A DNA stretch of 49,893 nt from positions 1 to 49,893 of IMG/VR virus record IMGVR_UViG_3300044983_000035; one strand, given 5' to 3'. Positions within the stretch are counted from its first letter, which is position 1. Every line of letters starts with the position of its first letter. Below are positions 1 to 8,110 of the stretch, piece after piece. A program made the translations under genes and the position numbers. This DNA comes from a virus (lineage: Duplodnaviria; Caudoviricetes). Under the pieces are notes generated by a model. The model saw only the letters and a program-made list of their open reading frames with translations. It was not told the DNA's origin and did no database searches.

Positions 1-643
1 ACGGTCGCTCACTGTAACGATCGATCACACGCGGACGGTCGAAAGTGAAACGGGAGGGTAGAATGGCCTCAAGCCCTCCCCTGCACACCGTTTCAAGAGC
101 TTGCGCGATTCACGAATGGTTTTAGGTTCAGGATAGCTGATTAGGGAAGTACTCGGACATCGGCGAGCGCTGATTCGATCGCTGGAAAGCACAACATGTT
201 GTGGTCCGGACGTAGGGCGCGCGTCACGAAAGTATGCCTTAGCTATAGGCGCGCGTAGCAATACTCCGGCTCACATGGCCGCACGCGACGCGATACCCCG
301 CCTCTGATCGCGGCCGGTGCTACCCAATCGCGGCAGTGAAGAGGCGCCGCAGTCAGTCAACCACGCGCGCAACTGCAGCGGTAGACGCGCGATTGTCCAC
401 GTACAGCCGACTAGTAGGCCACCCAGGACCCGGGCGAGTTGTCCGGTACCCCCGGCCTCGCGCAGGAAGTGACGCCTTTCCCGCCTTTCGCTATAAAAAA
501 AATTTTAGAGAAAGTGGAAATAGGAGAACGGGTTAGCGGTGTTGAGAAAACTGAAAAAATTTAAGGTAGAGGTAAATACGTTCCGGCAAAGGTTCGAGCT
601 GGAAAAGCTGCTCTGACACTGAAGTTCCATGCTAAAATGGAAC

Positions 644-958
644 ATGCCACAATCTCATTTATGCCGCTGCGGTGGAAGTCGTCGACCCGGACAGAGAACC
701 TGCCGGTCGTGTCATGCCGAATACCAGAGGGACCACCGTAAGCCCTATATCAAGATGTCGGAGGACGAAAAGTTTAAGGCTAACTGTCGTTCCTACACTC
801 ACTTGCTGGTTAAGCGAGGGCATCTGAAAAAGTTGCCTTGCTCCGACTGTGGTTCGGTCGAAGTAGAGGCTCACCACTCGGATTACTCCCAGCCATATCT
901 CGTGACTTGGCTTTGCCGACCATGTCATGGCAAGAGACACAATTTCGTTAGTCAGTGA
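644..958 (+). CDS. Zinc-binding HNH-like phage protein
   Basis: CxxC motifs and C-terminal CSDCG...EAHHSDY...VTWLCRPCH..RH; start at ATG 644 or 629. Confidence 0.65.
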   Translation: MPQSHLCRCGGSRRPGQRTCRSCHAEYQRDHRKPYIKMSEDEKFKANCRSYTHLLVKRGHLKKLPCSDCGSVEVEAHHSDYSQPYLVTWLCRPCHGKRHNFVSQ

Positions 959-1049
959 CGTTCTTTGTGGAACATTTAGAATCAGTTAGATGCGATTTTG
1001 GTTGACGAAAGCGGCAGGGATGGGGTAATTTTCCCAAATCAGTTGGAAG

Positions 1050-1361
1050 TTGAGACTACGGTTGGAGGGCTATTCGATGAGCTTCAATGTGAAGGAAGGG
1101 TCGATCAAGATTGTGCATCCGCATCAGGCGAGTAAGGTATCGCCGACGGCTGGGCGGATTGTGGAGTTGCTGAAGGAGAATTGGCTGGAGCAGCGGCCTT
1201 TGGCTTCGGAGATCGCGGTTGCGGACTTCGGGGAAGGCAAGGCTTACGCGGAGCCGTTGTTTGGGCGCGCGGCGACTTGGGGGGATCTCGAGTACTTCCG
1301 GTATCTGGACGGGTTGGCGCAGAACGCGAATCCTCCGGGGACTCCGGACGACGAGGTGTAG
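1050..1361 (+). CDS. Hypothetical protein (start possibly ATG 1077)
   Basis: GGAGG upstream of ATG 1077; abuts the lysozyme gene. Confidence 0.55.
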   Translation: MRLRLEGYSMSFNVKEGSIKIVHPHQASKVSPTAGRIVELLKENWLEQRPLASEIAVADFGEGKAYAEPLFGRAATWGDLEYFRYLDGLAQNANPPGTPDDEV

Positions 1362-1362
1362 G

Positions 1363-1788
1363 TTGTCTACTCCGACGAACATTTACGAGCAGTTGCGGCG
1401 AGACGAGAAACTTTGTCTCAAGCCTTATCGGGATATCGAAGACAATCTCTCGATCGGGATCGGCCGGAACCTTGACGATGTTGGGATCAGCGAAGGCGAA
1501 GCGATGATGATGTTGAGCAATGACGTCGTAATCGCCACGGCTGAACTTAGCAAGAATGGCTTATCTTGCGTAGCTCATGAAAACGATTCTCGCTTCGGAG
1601 TTCTCCTGAATATGGCCTTCAACATGGGGATCTCGCGGCTATTGGGATTTCGTCACATGCTGGACGCCTACCGCGCCGGGGACTACGACAAGGCCGCGCA
1701 GGAGATGCTCGACAGCAAGTGGGCGACTCAGGTCGGAGATCGCGCGGAGCGGCTGGCTAAGCAGATGCGAGAAGGCGTTTGGGTGTAG
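1363..1788 (+). CDS. Phage lysozyme/endolysin (T4-lysozyme-like, GH24-related)
   Basis: LRRDE..LKPYRD....SIGIGRNL, NMAFNMG, AAQEMLDSKWATQVGDRAERL; TTG start at 1363 after GAGGT, in frame with ORF 1219..1788. Confidence 0.9.
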   Translation: MSTPTNIYEQLRRDEKLCLKPYRDIEDNLSIGIGRNLDDVGISEGEAMMMLSNDVVIATAELSKNGLSCVAHENDSRFGVLLNMAFNMGISRLLGFRHMLDAYRAGDYDKAAQEMLDSKWATQVGDRAERLAKQMREGVWV

Positions 1789-1789
1789 C

Positions 1790-2110
1790 ATGGCGTATCG
1801 GCACAGTTTCAGCCCGACTCACGTTCGGATGGTGGCGCGCCGGTTCCGTCAGTTTCGTCAGCGCGCCGGGTTGTCTCAGGCGGCGTTGGCTAAGTTGATG
1901 TTTGTGTCGGCCCGGACGGTTCGAAGCGTGGAGAAGGGGACGAATCAGTTTTTCCCGAGCACTTATCGGCAGTTTTTGAAGGTTCTCAGGGAGTATCGCA
2001 AGCAGAAGCCGCCTAAGTTGCCGGACGATCCAAAGCGTAAGCGCGTTTGGACGCCGAAGAAACCGAAGCCGGAACGCAATTTGGAAGAGATCGACTGGAA
2101 AGAGGAATAG
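1790..2110 (+). CDS. XRE/Cro-type helix-turn-helix protein
   Basis: FRQRAGLSQAALAKLMFVSARTVRSVEKG. Confidence 0.8.
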   Translation: MAYRHSFSPTHVRMVARRFRQFRQRAGLSQAALAKLMFVSARTVRSVEKGTNQFFPSTYRQFLKVLREYRKQKPPKLPDDPKRKRVWTPKKPKPERNLEEIDWKEE

Positions 2111-2113
2111 CAC

Positions 2114-2353
2114 ATGCAAGCAGCAAACCTATTGGCGATCATCGGCGGCAGGATGGATAAGATGTTTCGCGTGAAGGCTGGTGAGCCTGCGCCATTCAGC
2201 CATCGGCGCGGCGGGTCCAGCAATCCCTTCAAGGGACGTCGCAGCAAGCCGGGATACTTCAAGGTGGTCGAACCATCGCTCGCATTGCGCGCAACTGTCC
2301 AAGTCCTACCGACGTATCTTGAAGCTCAAGGAGTCACATGCCTGAACTTGTAG
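2114..2353 (+). CDS. Hypothetical protein
   Basis: GAGG SD; fills the gap between neighbouring genes. Confidence 0.45.
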   Translation: MQAANLLAIIGGRMDKMFRVKAGEPAPFSHRRGGSSNPFKGRRSKPGYFKVVEPSLALRATVQVLPTYLEAQGVTCLNL

Positions 2354-2712
2354 TGGGCCACATTGCCCGAGTTTGTCATGAAGCGAATCGCGCATATTGC
2401 GCAACGCTGGGGGACCTTTCGCAGCCTTCTTGGGATGATGCTCCTGAATGGCAGCGGAAAAGTGCCGTCAACGGAGTTTTGTTCCATTTGTCGGTCCTGA
2501 CTTCCGGGTCGGATCCAATTCCGAGCGCTAGTCATGATTCTTGGCTTGCCGAGAAAGAGCGCGACGGATGGAAGTATGGGCCCGTTAAAGACGCGGATAA
2601 GAAAGAACATCCGTGCTTCGTCCCTTATGGGCAGTTGCCGATCGATCAGAAGCTGAAGGACTACATCTTCTGTGGGATCGTGAAATCGTTCTATCAAGCG
2701 AAGGAGGCCTAA
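2338..2712 (+). CDS. RyR-domain-like phage protein
   Basis: IARVCHEANRAYC...HDSWLAEKERDGWKYGPVKDADKKEHPCFVPYGQLP..QKLKD; AAGGAG SD. Confidence 0.85.
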   Translation: MPELVVGHIARVCHEANRAYCATLGDLSQPSWDDAPEWQRKSAVNGVLFHLSVLTSGSDPIPSASHDSWLAEKERDGWKYGPVKDADKKEHPCFVPYGQLPIDQKLKDYIFCGIVKSFYQAKEA

Positions 2713-3125
2713 TGCCTGAACAGACGTTGGCACTGCCGCTGAGCGGCGCCGAAATCAAAGAAATCCTGATCAACAACTTTCGCATCGCGCTCGACAAGGA
2801 CTGCTACCTGAATGACACGGCGTCGTATTCGTGGATCCGCGGGTCGGTGTCGGTGAAGCTGGAAGCGAACGATTCGGGCATCACGGCGATTACGCGCGAG
2901 GTTCCGTTTGAGGCTGGTGATCCTGAAGCGGCCGGCGAGAAGACGGGGGTCCGCGTGGACTTGACGTTTGTCGAGGAGCCGCCGAACGTTGCGCGCGTGA
3001 ACAACGACCTTCCGGTTCCGGTCGAGCAGTCGTCGCCTGGCAAGCCAGCAGAGACGAAGGGTATTCGCTATGCCAATGCGAAGAAGGTCGGCCCGACCAA
3101 GATCGTGACCAACATCGTGAAGTAG
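2712..3125 (+). CDS. Hypothetical protein
   Basis: AAGGAGG SD and TAATG overlap at 2710-2714. Confidence 0.75.
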   Translation: MPEQTLALPLSGAEIKEILINNFRIALDKDCYLNDTASYSWIRGSVSVKLEANDSGITAITREVPFEAGDPEAAGEKTGVRVDLTFVEEPPNVARVNNDLPVPVEQSSPGKPAETKGIRYANAKKVGPTKIVTNIVK

Positions 3126-3136
3126 GACCGTATTTA

Positions 3137-3239
3137 CCACGGCAAATCTCGCAGAGACTTCGTAAACCTCGCGTGACTTGGACACGAAGAGAACCGTGGG
3201 AGGCGGGAGGATTGGCGCAGGACCGTTAATCCTCTCGCC
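3137..3239 (+). ncRNA. Candidate structured RNA (three-way junction plus 16-bp hairpin)
   Basis: Pairings 3137-3142/3194-3199, 3147-3150/3154-3157, 3158-3163/3184-3189 and 3202-3217/3224-3239 (G-U pairs on the + strand). Confidence 0.45.
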
Positions 3240-3262
3240 GGGCTTTGTGTTACGATTGCGCC

Positions 3263-5860
3263 ATGAAACGACTCGCCCTCGCGCTCTTCATGCTGGCCCC
3301 TTTCGCTTACGCTAACGGCAATCTTAGCGGGTTCTGTTCGCAGGGAAACATCAAGGCCACTGTCTCCGGACTGAACAGCACAAACACGCTGATGGGCAGC
3401 TATCCGCGATGCACTGTGACTGTGACGGTCCACGGAGGCGGCGCGGCGACAATCTATTCAGATAACTCCGGTACGCCCCTAGATAATCCCTTCACTGCGT
3501 CGACGGTCGGCTGGTGGCAATTCTATGCCGCGAACGGTCGATACGATGTGACGCTCTCCGGCGGAACTCCGATTGCGTTGCCTTCCTCGTGGACGCTGTT
3601 CGATCAGCCGATATTCGATCCGGCTACGTATGCCTGCGATCCGACAACGACGTTCATTTGCCAAGATGGAAATCTTTTGAACGCGGCGATCACCATTGGA
3701 CCCACTGACGATTTCCCTTTGTTTCTTAAGGCAAATGGAGCTTTGGTCGCTCAATTCAATGATTCTCAAACCATCTTCCAAAATGATCGTTCGGGAGGCA
3801 ACACGATCTTGCTGAATAACAACGGAGGTGGTCCGGGTTCTTCAACCTCAGTCAACTTTCTCAAGGGTGGGGTTTATATCGGAATGGTTGGTGATCGTGG
3901 AACTACGGGATCTATTTCCCTACAGCACGCATCCGGTGCGGAGATTATCTTGTCGGCTGGAGTGATGAGCATTGCGGCGCCGGGTGGAGGCGTGTTGATG
4001 ACGGGTGGTGGACTAACCGTGGGCGCTGGGGGTGCCGATGGTATTCTGGCCGGAGGATTCTCTCTTCCTATCGGGCCAGTGATCGATTCCTCAGGAAATA
4101 TTACGGCTGGCGGAACTGGAACGTTCGGCGGGACGCTGACGGCTACGGGGCGAACGAAGACGGCCTTCCTGACGACGGTCAACACCGGATCACTTGCGAC
4201 TGCCGCGGCAGGAACGCTCAACTGGGGGTCCAAGGTGATCGCCGGAGTGACGCAGCCGATCGTAGTTGACTCGCTCGGCAACCAGACAATTCTTGGTGGC
4301 GGAGGCGGTGGCTCGGGGACCGTTACGAATGTCACTTCGAACAACTTGACGCCACTCTTCACGACCAGCGTCGCGACGCCGACAACGACGCCGACGATTT
4401 CATACGCCCTCAGCAATGCGGCGGGATATAGCTTCTTCAGCCGCCGCTCGGCGTCTACGGGCGCGCCGTCATACGGGCAATTGAATTCGATCATCACGCA
4501 GACCGACAATTTCACAGTCTCTTGCGATCTGGACTTCTGGGCATTGATTCCAGTCTCAAATGCTGGCGCGAAGACTGCCACATTGCCAGCGTCTCCATGC
4601 GCCGCCGGCTGGCAAGTCGATCTCGAAAACATCGGCGCGGGTACTTGGGTTGTGGACCGCAATGGAAACAACATCGACGGCGGAACGTCAAATCCTTCCA
4701 TCACAACTAACGGCGGGATCACCATCGTTTCCAGCGGCTTCGGATATTACACGAAGCGCGGCAGTGCCGCTAGCGGTTCCGGCTGCGCTGCGGTTGATCC
4801 TTCGGCATGTATTCTGAAGGGCAGTGCGGCGAACTCGGGGTTGAACAACGATGCGGCCAATATCGCATTTGGATTGCTCTCAGCGCACGACGTCATAGGC
4901 GCGGCCAATTCAGTTGAGGTTCTTAGATTGCGTAGCGGTGGCGACTTGACGATTGGTCTTTCTTCTAGCGATATCACTCCGGCGGCTGGCCAGCTTATCG
5001 CCTCCAGCGTCTATGGGCTGGCGACGGCGACGACTAACGCTTCTACTGGCGGATTTGGAATCACGGCGGCGTCAAAGGTCTATTTGAACTCCTCGCACTC
5101 GGGATCAGGAACGAATCTTCCGATCTCGATTGAACCTGCTGCTAACGTTGCGGCAGTGTTCGACATCAACCAGAGGAGCATTTTTGGGTCCTCTGGCGTG
5201 ATCCTGAGCACGGGAGGAAACCACAAGGTTACAGTTTCATCGAGTGACTATGGACAGTTGGGATTGCTTCAAAACGCTGGCGGCACATCGCGCCTAACGC
5301 TGGCATCGAAGATTGCTTCCGTTGATACCGCTGGTGGTGAGTTGGCGTTCGACACGAATAACCTACTGTTCAACACTGCGGGCCATGCTGGTGCAAGCCT
5401 CATTATTGGAACAGGGTCAAGCAGAACCGCGGCCCTGACGATCAATACTTCGCAGACGGCCACGTTCACGGGCACCACTAGCTCCAGTTTCAATATCGAT
5501 ACCACGGCGCATCCGCTGATTACCCTGAAAGCGAGCGGATCTTCGATCGGAACAATGGGCGATCGAGGAACGAGCGGAAACATGAGTTTTCATCAGGTCG
5601 CTGGTGGAGACATGACGATTGACGGCGGCGGCAATATCAGTTTCACGCACGGGTCTTCGACAACTACGCTTGTCGCGAATAATGGCATTGTTCCGCCGTC
5701 CTTCGCCTTTGGATCACTTCCAACAGGGGCCGTGGGCTGGGTGATATGCACGTCCTGCAAGAATGTTGATCAGGACTCTATAACTGCTGGTAGCCAGTGC
5801 CAATCCGGCGCCCACAATGCAATGGCCTACTTTAACGGAACTCACAACGTATGCTTCTGA
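3263..5860 (+). CDS. Large Gly/Ser/Thr-rich fibre- or spike-like protein with N-terminal signal peptide
   Basis: MKRLALALFMLAPFAYA|N; N-terminal ATIYSDNSGTPLDNPFTA...FYAANGRYDVTLSG resembles tailspike head-binding domains; beta-rich low-complexity body. Confidence 0.75.
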   Translation: MKRLALALFMLAPFAYANGNLSGFCSQGNIKATVSGLNSTNTLMGSYPRCTVTVTVHGGGAATIYSDNSGTPLDNPFTASTVGWWQFYAANGRYDVTLSGGTPIALPSSWTLFDQPIFDPATYACDPTTTFICQDGNLLNAAITIGPTDDFPLFLKANGALVAQFNDSQTIFQNDRSGGNTILLNNNGGGPGSSTSVNFLKGGVYIGMVGDRGTTGSISLQHASGAEIILSAGVMSIAAPGGGVLMTGGGLTVGAGGADGILAGGFSLPIGPVIDSSGNITAGGTGTFGGTLTATGRTKTAFLTTVNTGSLATAAAGTLNWGSKVIAGVTQPIVVDSLGNQTILGGGGGGSGTVTNVTSNNLTPLFTTSVATPTTTPTISYALSNAAGYSFFSRRSASTGAPSYGQLNSIITQTDNFTVSCDLDFWALIPVSNAGAKTATLPASPCAAGWQVDLENIGAGTWVVDRNGNNIDGGTSNPSITTNGGITIVSSGFGYYTKRGSAASGSGCAAVDPSACILKGSAANSGLNNDAANIAFGLLSAHDVIGAANSVEVLRLRSGGDLTIGLSSSDITPAAGQLIASSVYGLATATTNASTGGFGITAASKVYLNSSHSGSGTNLPISIEPAANVAAVFDINQRSIFGSSGVILSTGGNHKVTVSSSDYGQLGLLQNAGGTSRLTLASKIASVDTAGGELAFDTNNLLFNTAGHAGASLIIGTGSSRTAALTINTSQTATFTGTTSSSFNIDTTAHPLITLKASGSSIGTMGDRGTSGNMSFHQVAGGDMTIDGGGNISFTHGSSTTTLVANNGIVPPSFAFGSLPTGAVGWVICTSCKNVDQDSITAGSQCQSGAHNAMAYFNGTHNVCF

Positions 5861-5874
5861 GGTAAACTGGCCCA

Positions 5875-6165
5875 ATGAAAAACCGAATCGCTTTTCTCGT
5901 TACTCTGTTCTTGACCTTGACCGCGATTGTAGCCATCGGGCAAGAGGCGACTGCTTCCCGCGAAGTCCTTCAGCTTCGCTTGGAAGTCGCGCAACGCGAC
6001 AAGGTGATCGCGAACCTGCAATATAAGCAGGCTCCCTGCGACTTCAAGAACGCCGACGAAGCGGCTAGCGCAGCGCAGAAGGCGCTCGTCGATCTCGACA
6101 AGGCCGAGAAGGAAAAGGCGTCCGCCAAAGCGCAGCCTCCCGCCGAAAAGAAGAAATCCAATTGA
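5875..6165 (+). CDS. Small exported or membrane-anchored coiled-coil protein
   Basis: Hydrophobic N-terminus MKNRIAFLVTLFLTLTAIVAIG|Q followed by a heptad-like region. Confidence 0.7.
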   Translation: MKNRIAFLVTLFLTLTAIVAIGQEATASREVLQLRLEVAQRDKVIANLQYKQAPCDFKNADEAASAAQKALVDLDKAEKEKASAKAQPPAEKKKSN

Positions 6166-6851
6166 TTGACGCTACCGACTTCGTATTCTCCTCTCGTGAG
6201 GACCACGTTCGCCATGCTCTCTGGCGGAATGATGGCGTCGTTGAAGCATTCGTTGACTATGGCCCGGGCGCGAGTTGGGAAGTCGAGCAATTCTGGCCGG
6301 CTGCTGGTCGCGGTTTACTTCCCGGCGAGATGATGGATCAAAACGTTCTCGTTGTGGGCGACGGAATCTGTTCTCGCGACGATGCGCCATTAGCGCCAAT
6401 GAAGTGCGTCTTGGTCGGCACGGAGAATCAGCACCAATGCGCGCCGGATGGAAATTCGTACGTCGACACCAGTTCTGATTACGTCAACGCTTTCTTCGCT
6501 CCTGCGCAGATTGAAATCGGCCATCACGAATACCGCAGTTTTGGAAACGTGACCTTCACGAAGCACGATACCCCGTTAGCGACTCCCGAAGATAGGCCGC
6601 GCCAAGTCAAGGGGCGCTTCGAATACCTGATTACGATGGACGTGACGCAGGATGAGATGGGCGCTATCTCGGTCACGTTGCTTGAGGAATTCTGGCAGGC
6701 GATGCAGGACACCGATAAAGCTGGTTACGCGATCGGAAAGCGCGGAGATAATCCTTGGCAGTACCGCCGATTCCAGCGATACGACAAAGGGCGCGGACTC
6801 GTGTTCTTGCACGATTTGATTGACGGATGGATCGCCAAGAGGTTTAAATGA
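6162..6851 (+). CDS. Hypothetical protein
   Basis: 229-aa ORF with overlaps at both ends. Confidence 0.65.
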   Translation: MIDATDFVFSSREDHVRHALWRNDGVVEAFVDYGPGASWEVEQFWPAAGRGLLPGEMMDQNVLVVGDGICSRDDAPLAPMKCVLVGTENQHQCAPDGNSYVDTSSDYVNAFFAPAQIEIGHHEYRSFGNVTFTKHDTPLATPEDRPRQVKGRFEYLITMDVTQDEMGAISVTLLEEFWQAMQDTDKAGYAIGKRGDNPWQYRRFQRYDKGRGLVFLHDLIDGWIAKRFK

Positions 6852-7240
6852 TTCTCGCTCTTTACCTGCTGATGATTGGGCAGTATGAATTTGACCCAAG
6901 CTACAGCATGAAAATCTTTAGCGAACTCCATGAGGTTTGTCATACCGGCGACATTCTGACGATGGGACAGGGCGGTCGAGTCCAGCGCGGTTGGTATTCA
7001 TGCCGTAATCGCCGTTGGGTCAAGATCACCTACGAAGAGTATGAGCGCGAGCGAAACAAGCCTGTCAAGAGGCGATTTCCTCGCCCCGCCAAGAAACCTA
7101 TTCCGATCGAGGACAATATTTTTATTGAAGGGTGGGGGCCTTTTGGTGGACCTTGGAAGTGGAAGCCTTCAATAGAGCGAATGTGGAGTCCAGGAGGCCA
7201 ATGGGCCTATATGCGCGAATTGGCGAAGGTTATGCCTTGA
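6848..7240 (+). CDS. Hypothetical protein with hydrophobic N-terminus
   Basis: GAGG SD; overlaps neighbouring genes. Confidence 0.55.
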   Translation: MILALYLLMIGQYEFDPSYSMKIFSELHEVCHTGDILTMGQGGRVQRGWYSCRNRRWVKITYEEYERERNKPVKRRFPRPAKKPIPIEDNIFIEGWGPFGGPWKWKPSIERMWSPGGQWAYMRELAKVMP

Positions 7241-7599
7241 CACCTGAGGAGCAAGATCGACTACAGCAGGAGCGTCTCGTTGTGGCGCTGGAGTCTCTGG
7301 CGCACTCCGCGGCGCGCGCCGTTTCCATGCTCTGGCCGGAGCCGAAGGTTAGGACGGCACAGGAACTCGAGCCCACGATTCATTCGATAAAGTCAGAGGA
7401 GGAACGACTACGTGACGAGCAAAGAGGAAACGGAGAATCCGCCGAAGACTGGCTCAGCGAGGATCTCACTGAAGAGGAGCCCGGGCCGCGTGAAAAAGAA
7501 CTGGAGCGACTCCGAACACAGGGAACTGTCGCTCGCGAAACTCGACGTGACCCAAGAGCAACTGGACAAAGCTCCGCAGATGACGAAGCTCCTGAATGA
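7237..7599 (+). CDS. Hypothetical acidic protein
   Basis: TTG start coupled (TTGA) to the upstream stop; E-rich helical sequence. Confidence 0.6.
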   Translation: MTPEEQDRLQQERLVVALESLAHSAARAVSMLWPEPKVRTAQELEPTIHSIKSEEERLRDEQRGNGESAEDWLSEDLTEEEPGPREKELERLRTQGTVARETRRDPRATGQSSADDEAPE

Positions 7600-8110
7600 T
7601 TGCGTCGAGGGTGGGCTGAAAGAAGTTCTCGTTGCGCTGCGTTCTTCTGGCGATGGCCTCGTTAGCGCGTTCCTGAAAGAGTACGACCGGGCAAGCGATA
7701 TGGATCACAGGGTTCTACCCTGGGAAGCCTATGCACTCGCAGCCAAGATCGACATCGCTCCGTTGCTCGGCGCAATCATGTTAGCGATTCAAAACTGGTC
7801 ACATTTGCAAGTCGCTCTCGTTCTCACGAGTTCTCATTCCTCGATCACATCTCGGCAAGTGAAGTTCGCCAAAGAACGCGACGGATACAAGGACCGCCGG
7901 GATGTCAACTTGATCCTGAAGGCCCTCCCGTCTCCATCGAAGGGTGGAAACACGTTCATCATCAACCCGCTCAGCGAGAATCAGGATAAGCCTGCGGAGC
8001 AGAACGAAAACACACAAACCATCGGCATTACGACCAATGCATGCGACATCAACATGGATGAGCTTTTCCCTGATCTCGTCCAGACACAGAAACTCCTGAA
8101 GGCCGGATAG
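7412..8110 (+). CDS. Putative terminase small subunit
   Basis: GAGGAGG SD; helical 232-aa protein directly upstream of and coupled to the large terminase (positional inference only). Confidence 0.5.
   Translation: MTSKEETENPPKTGSARISLKRSPGRVKKNWSDSEHRELSLAKLDVTQEQLDKAPQMTKLLNDCVEGGLKEVLVALRSSGDGLVSAFLKEYDRASDMDHRVLPWEAYALAAKIDIAPLLGAIMLAIQNWSHLQVALVLTSSHSSITSRQVKFAKERDGYKDRRDVNLILKALPSPSKGGNTFIINPLSENQDKPAEQNENTQTIGITTNACDINMDELFPDLVQTQKLLKAG

Noticed and set aside
1219-1362. N-terminal extension of the lysozyme ORF (possible SAR or signal segment)
   Set aside because: Overlaps the upstream gene, is Arg-rich rather than hydrophobic, and a better TTG start with SD exists at 1363
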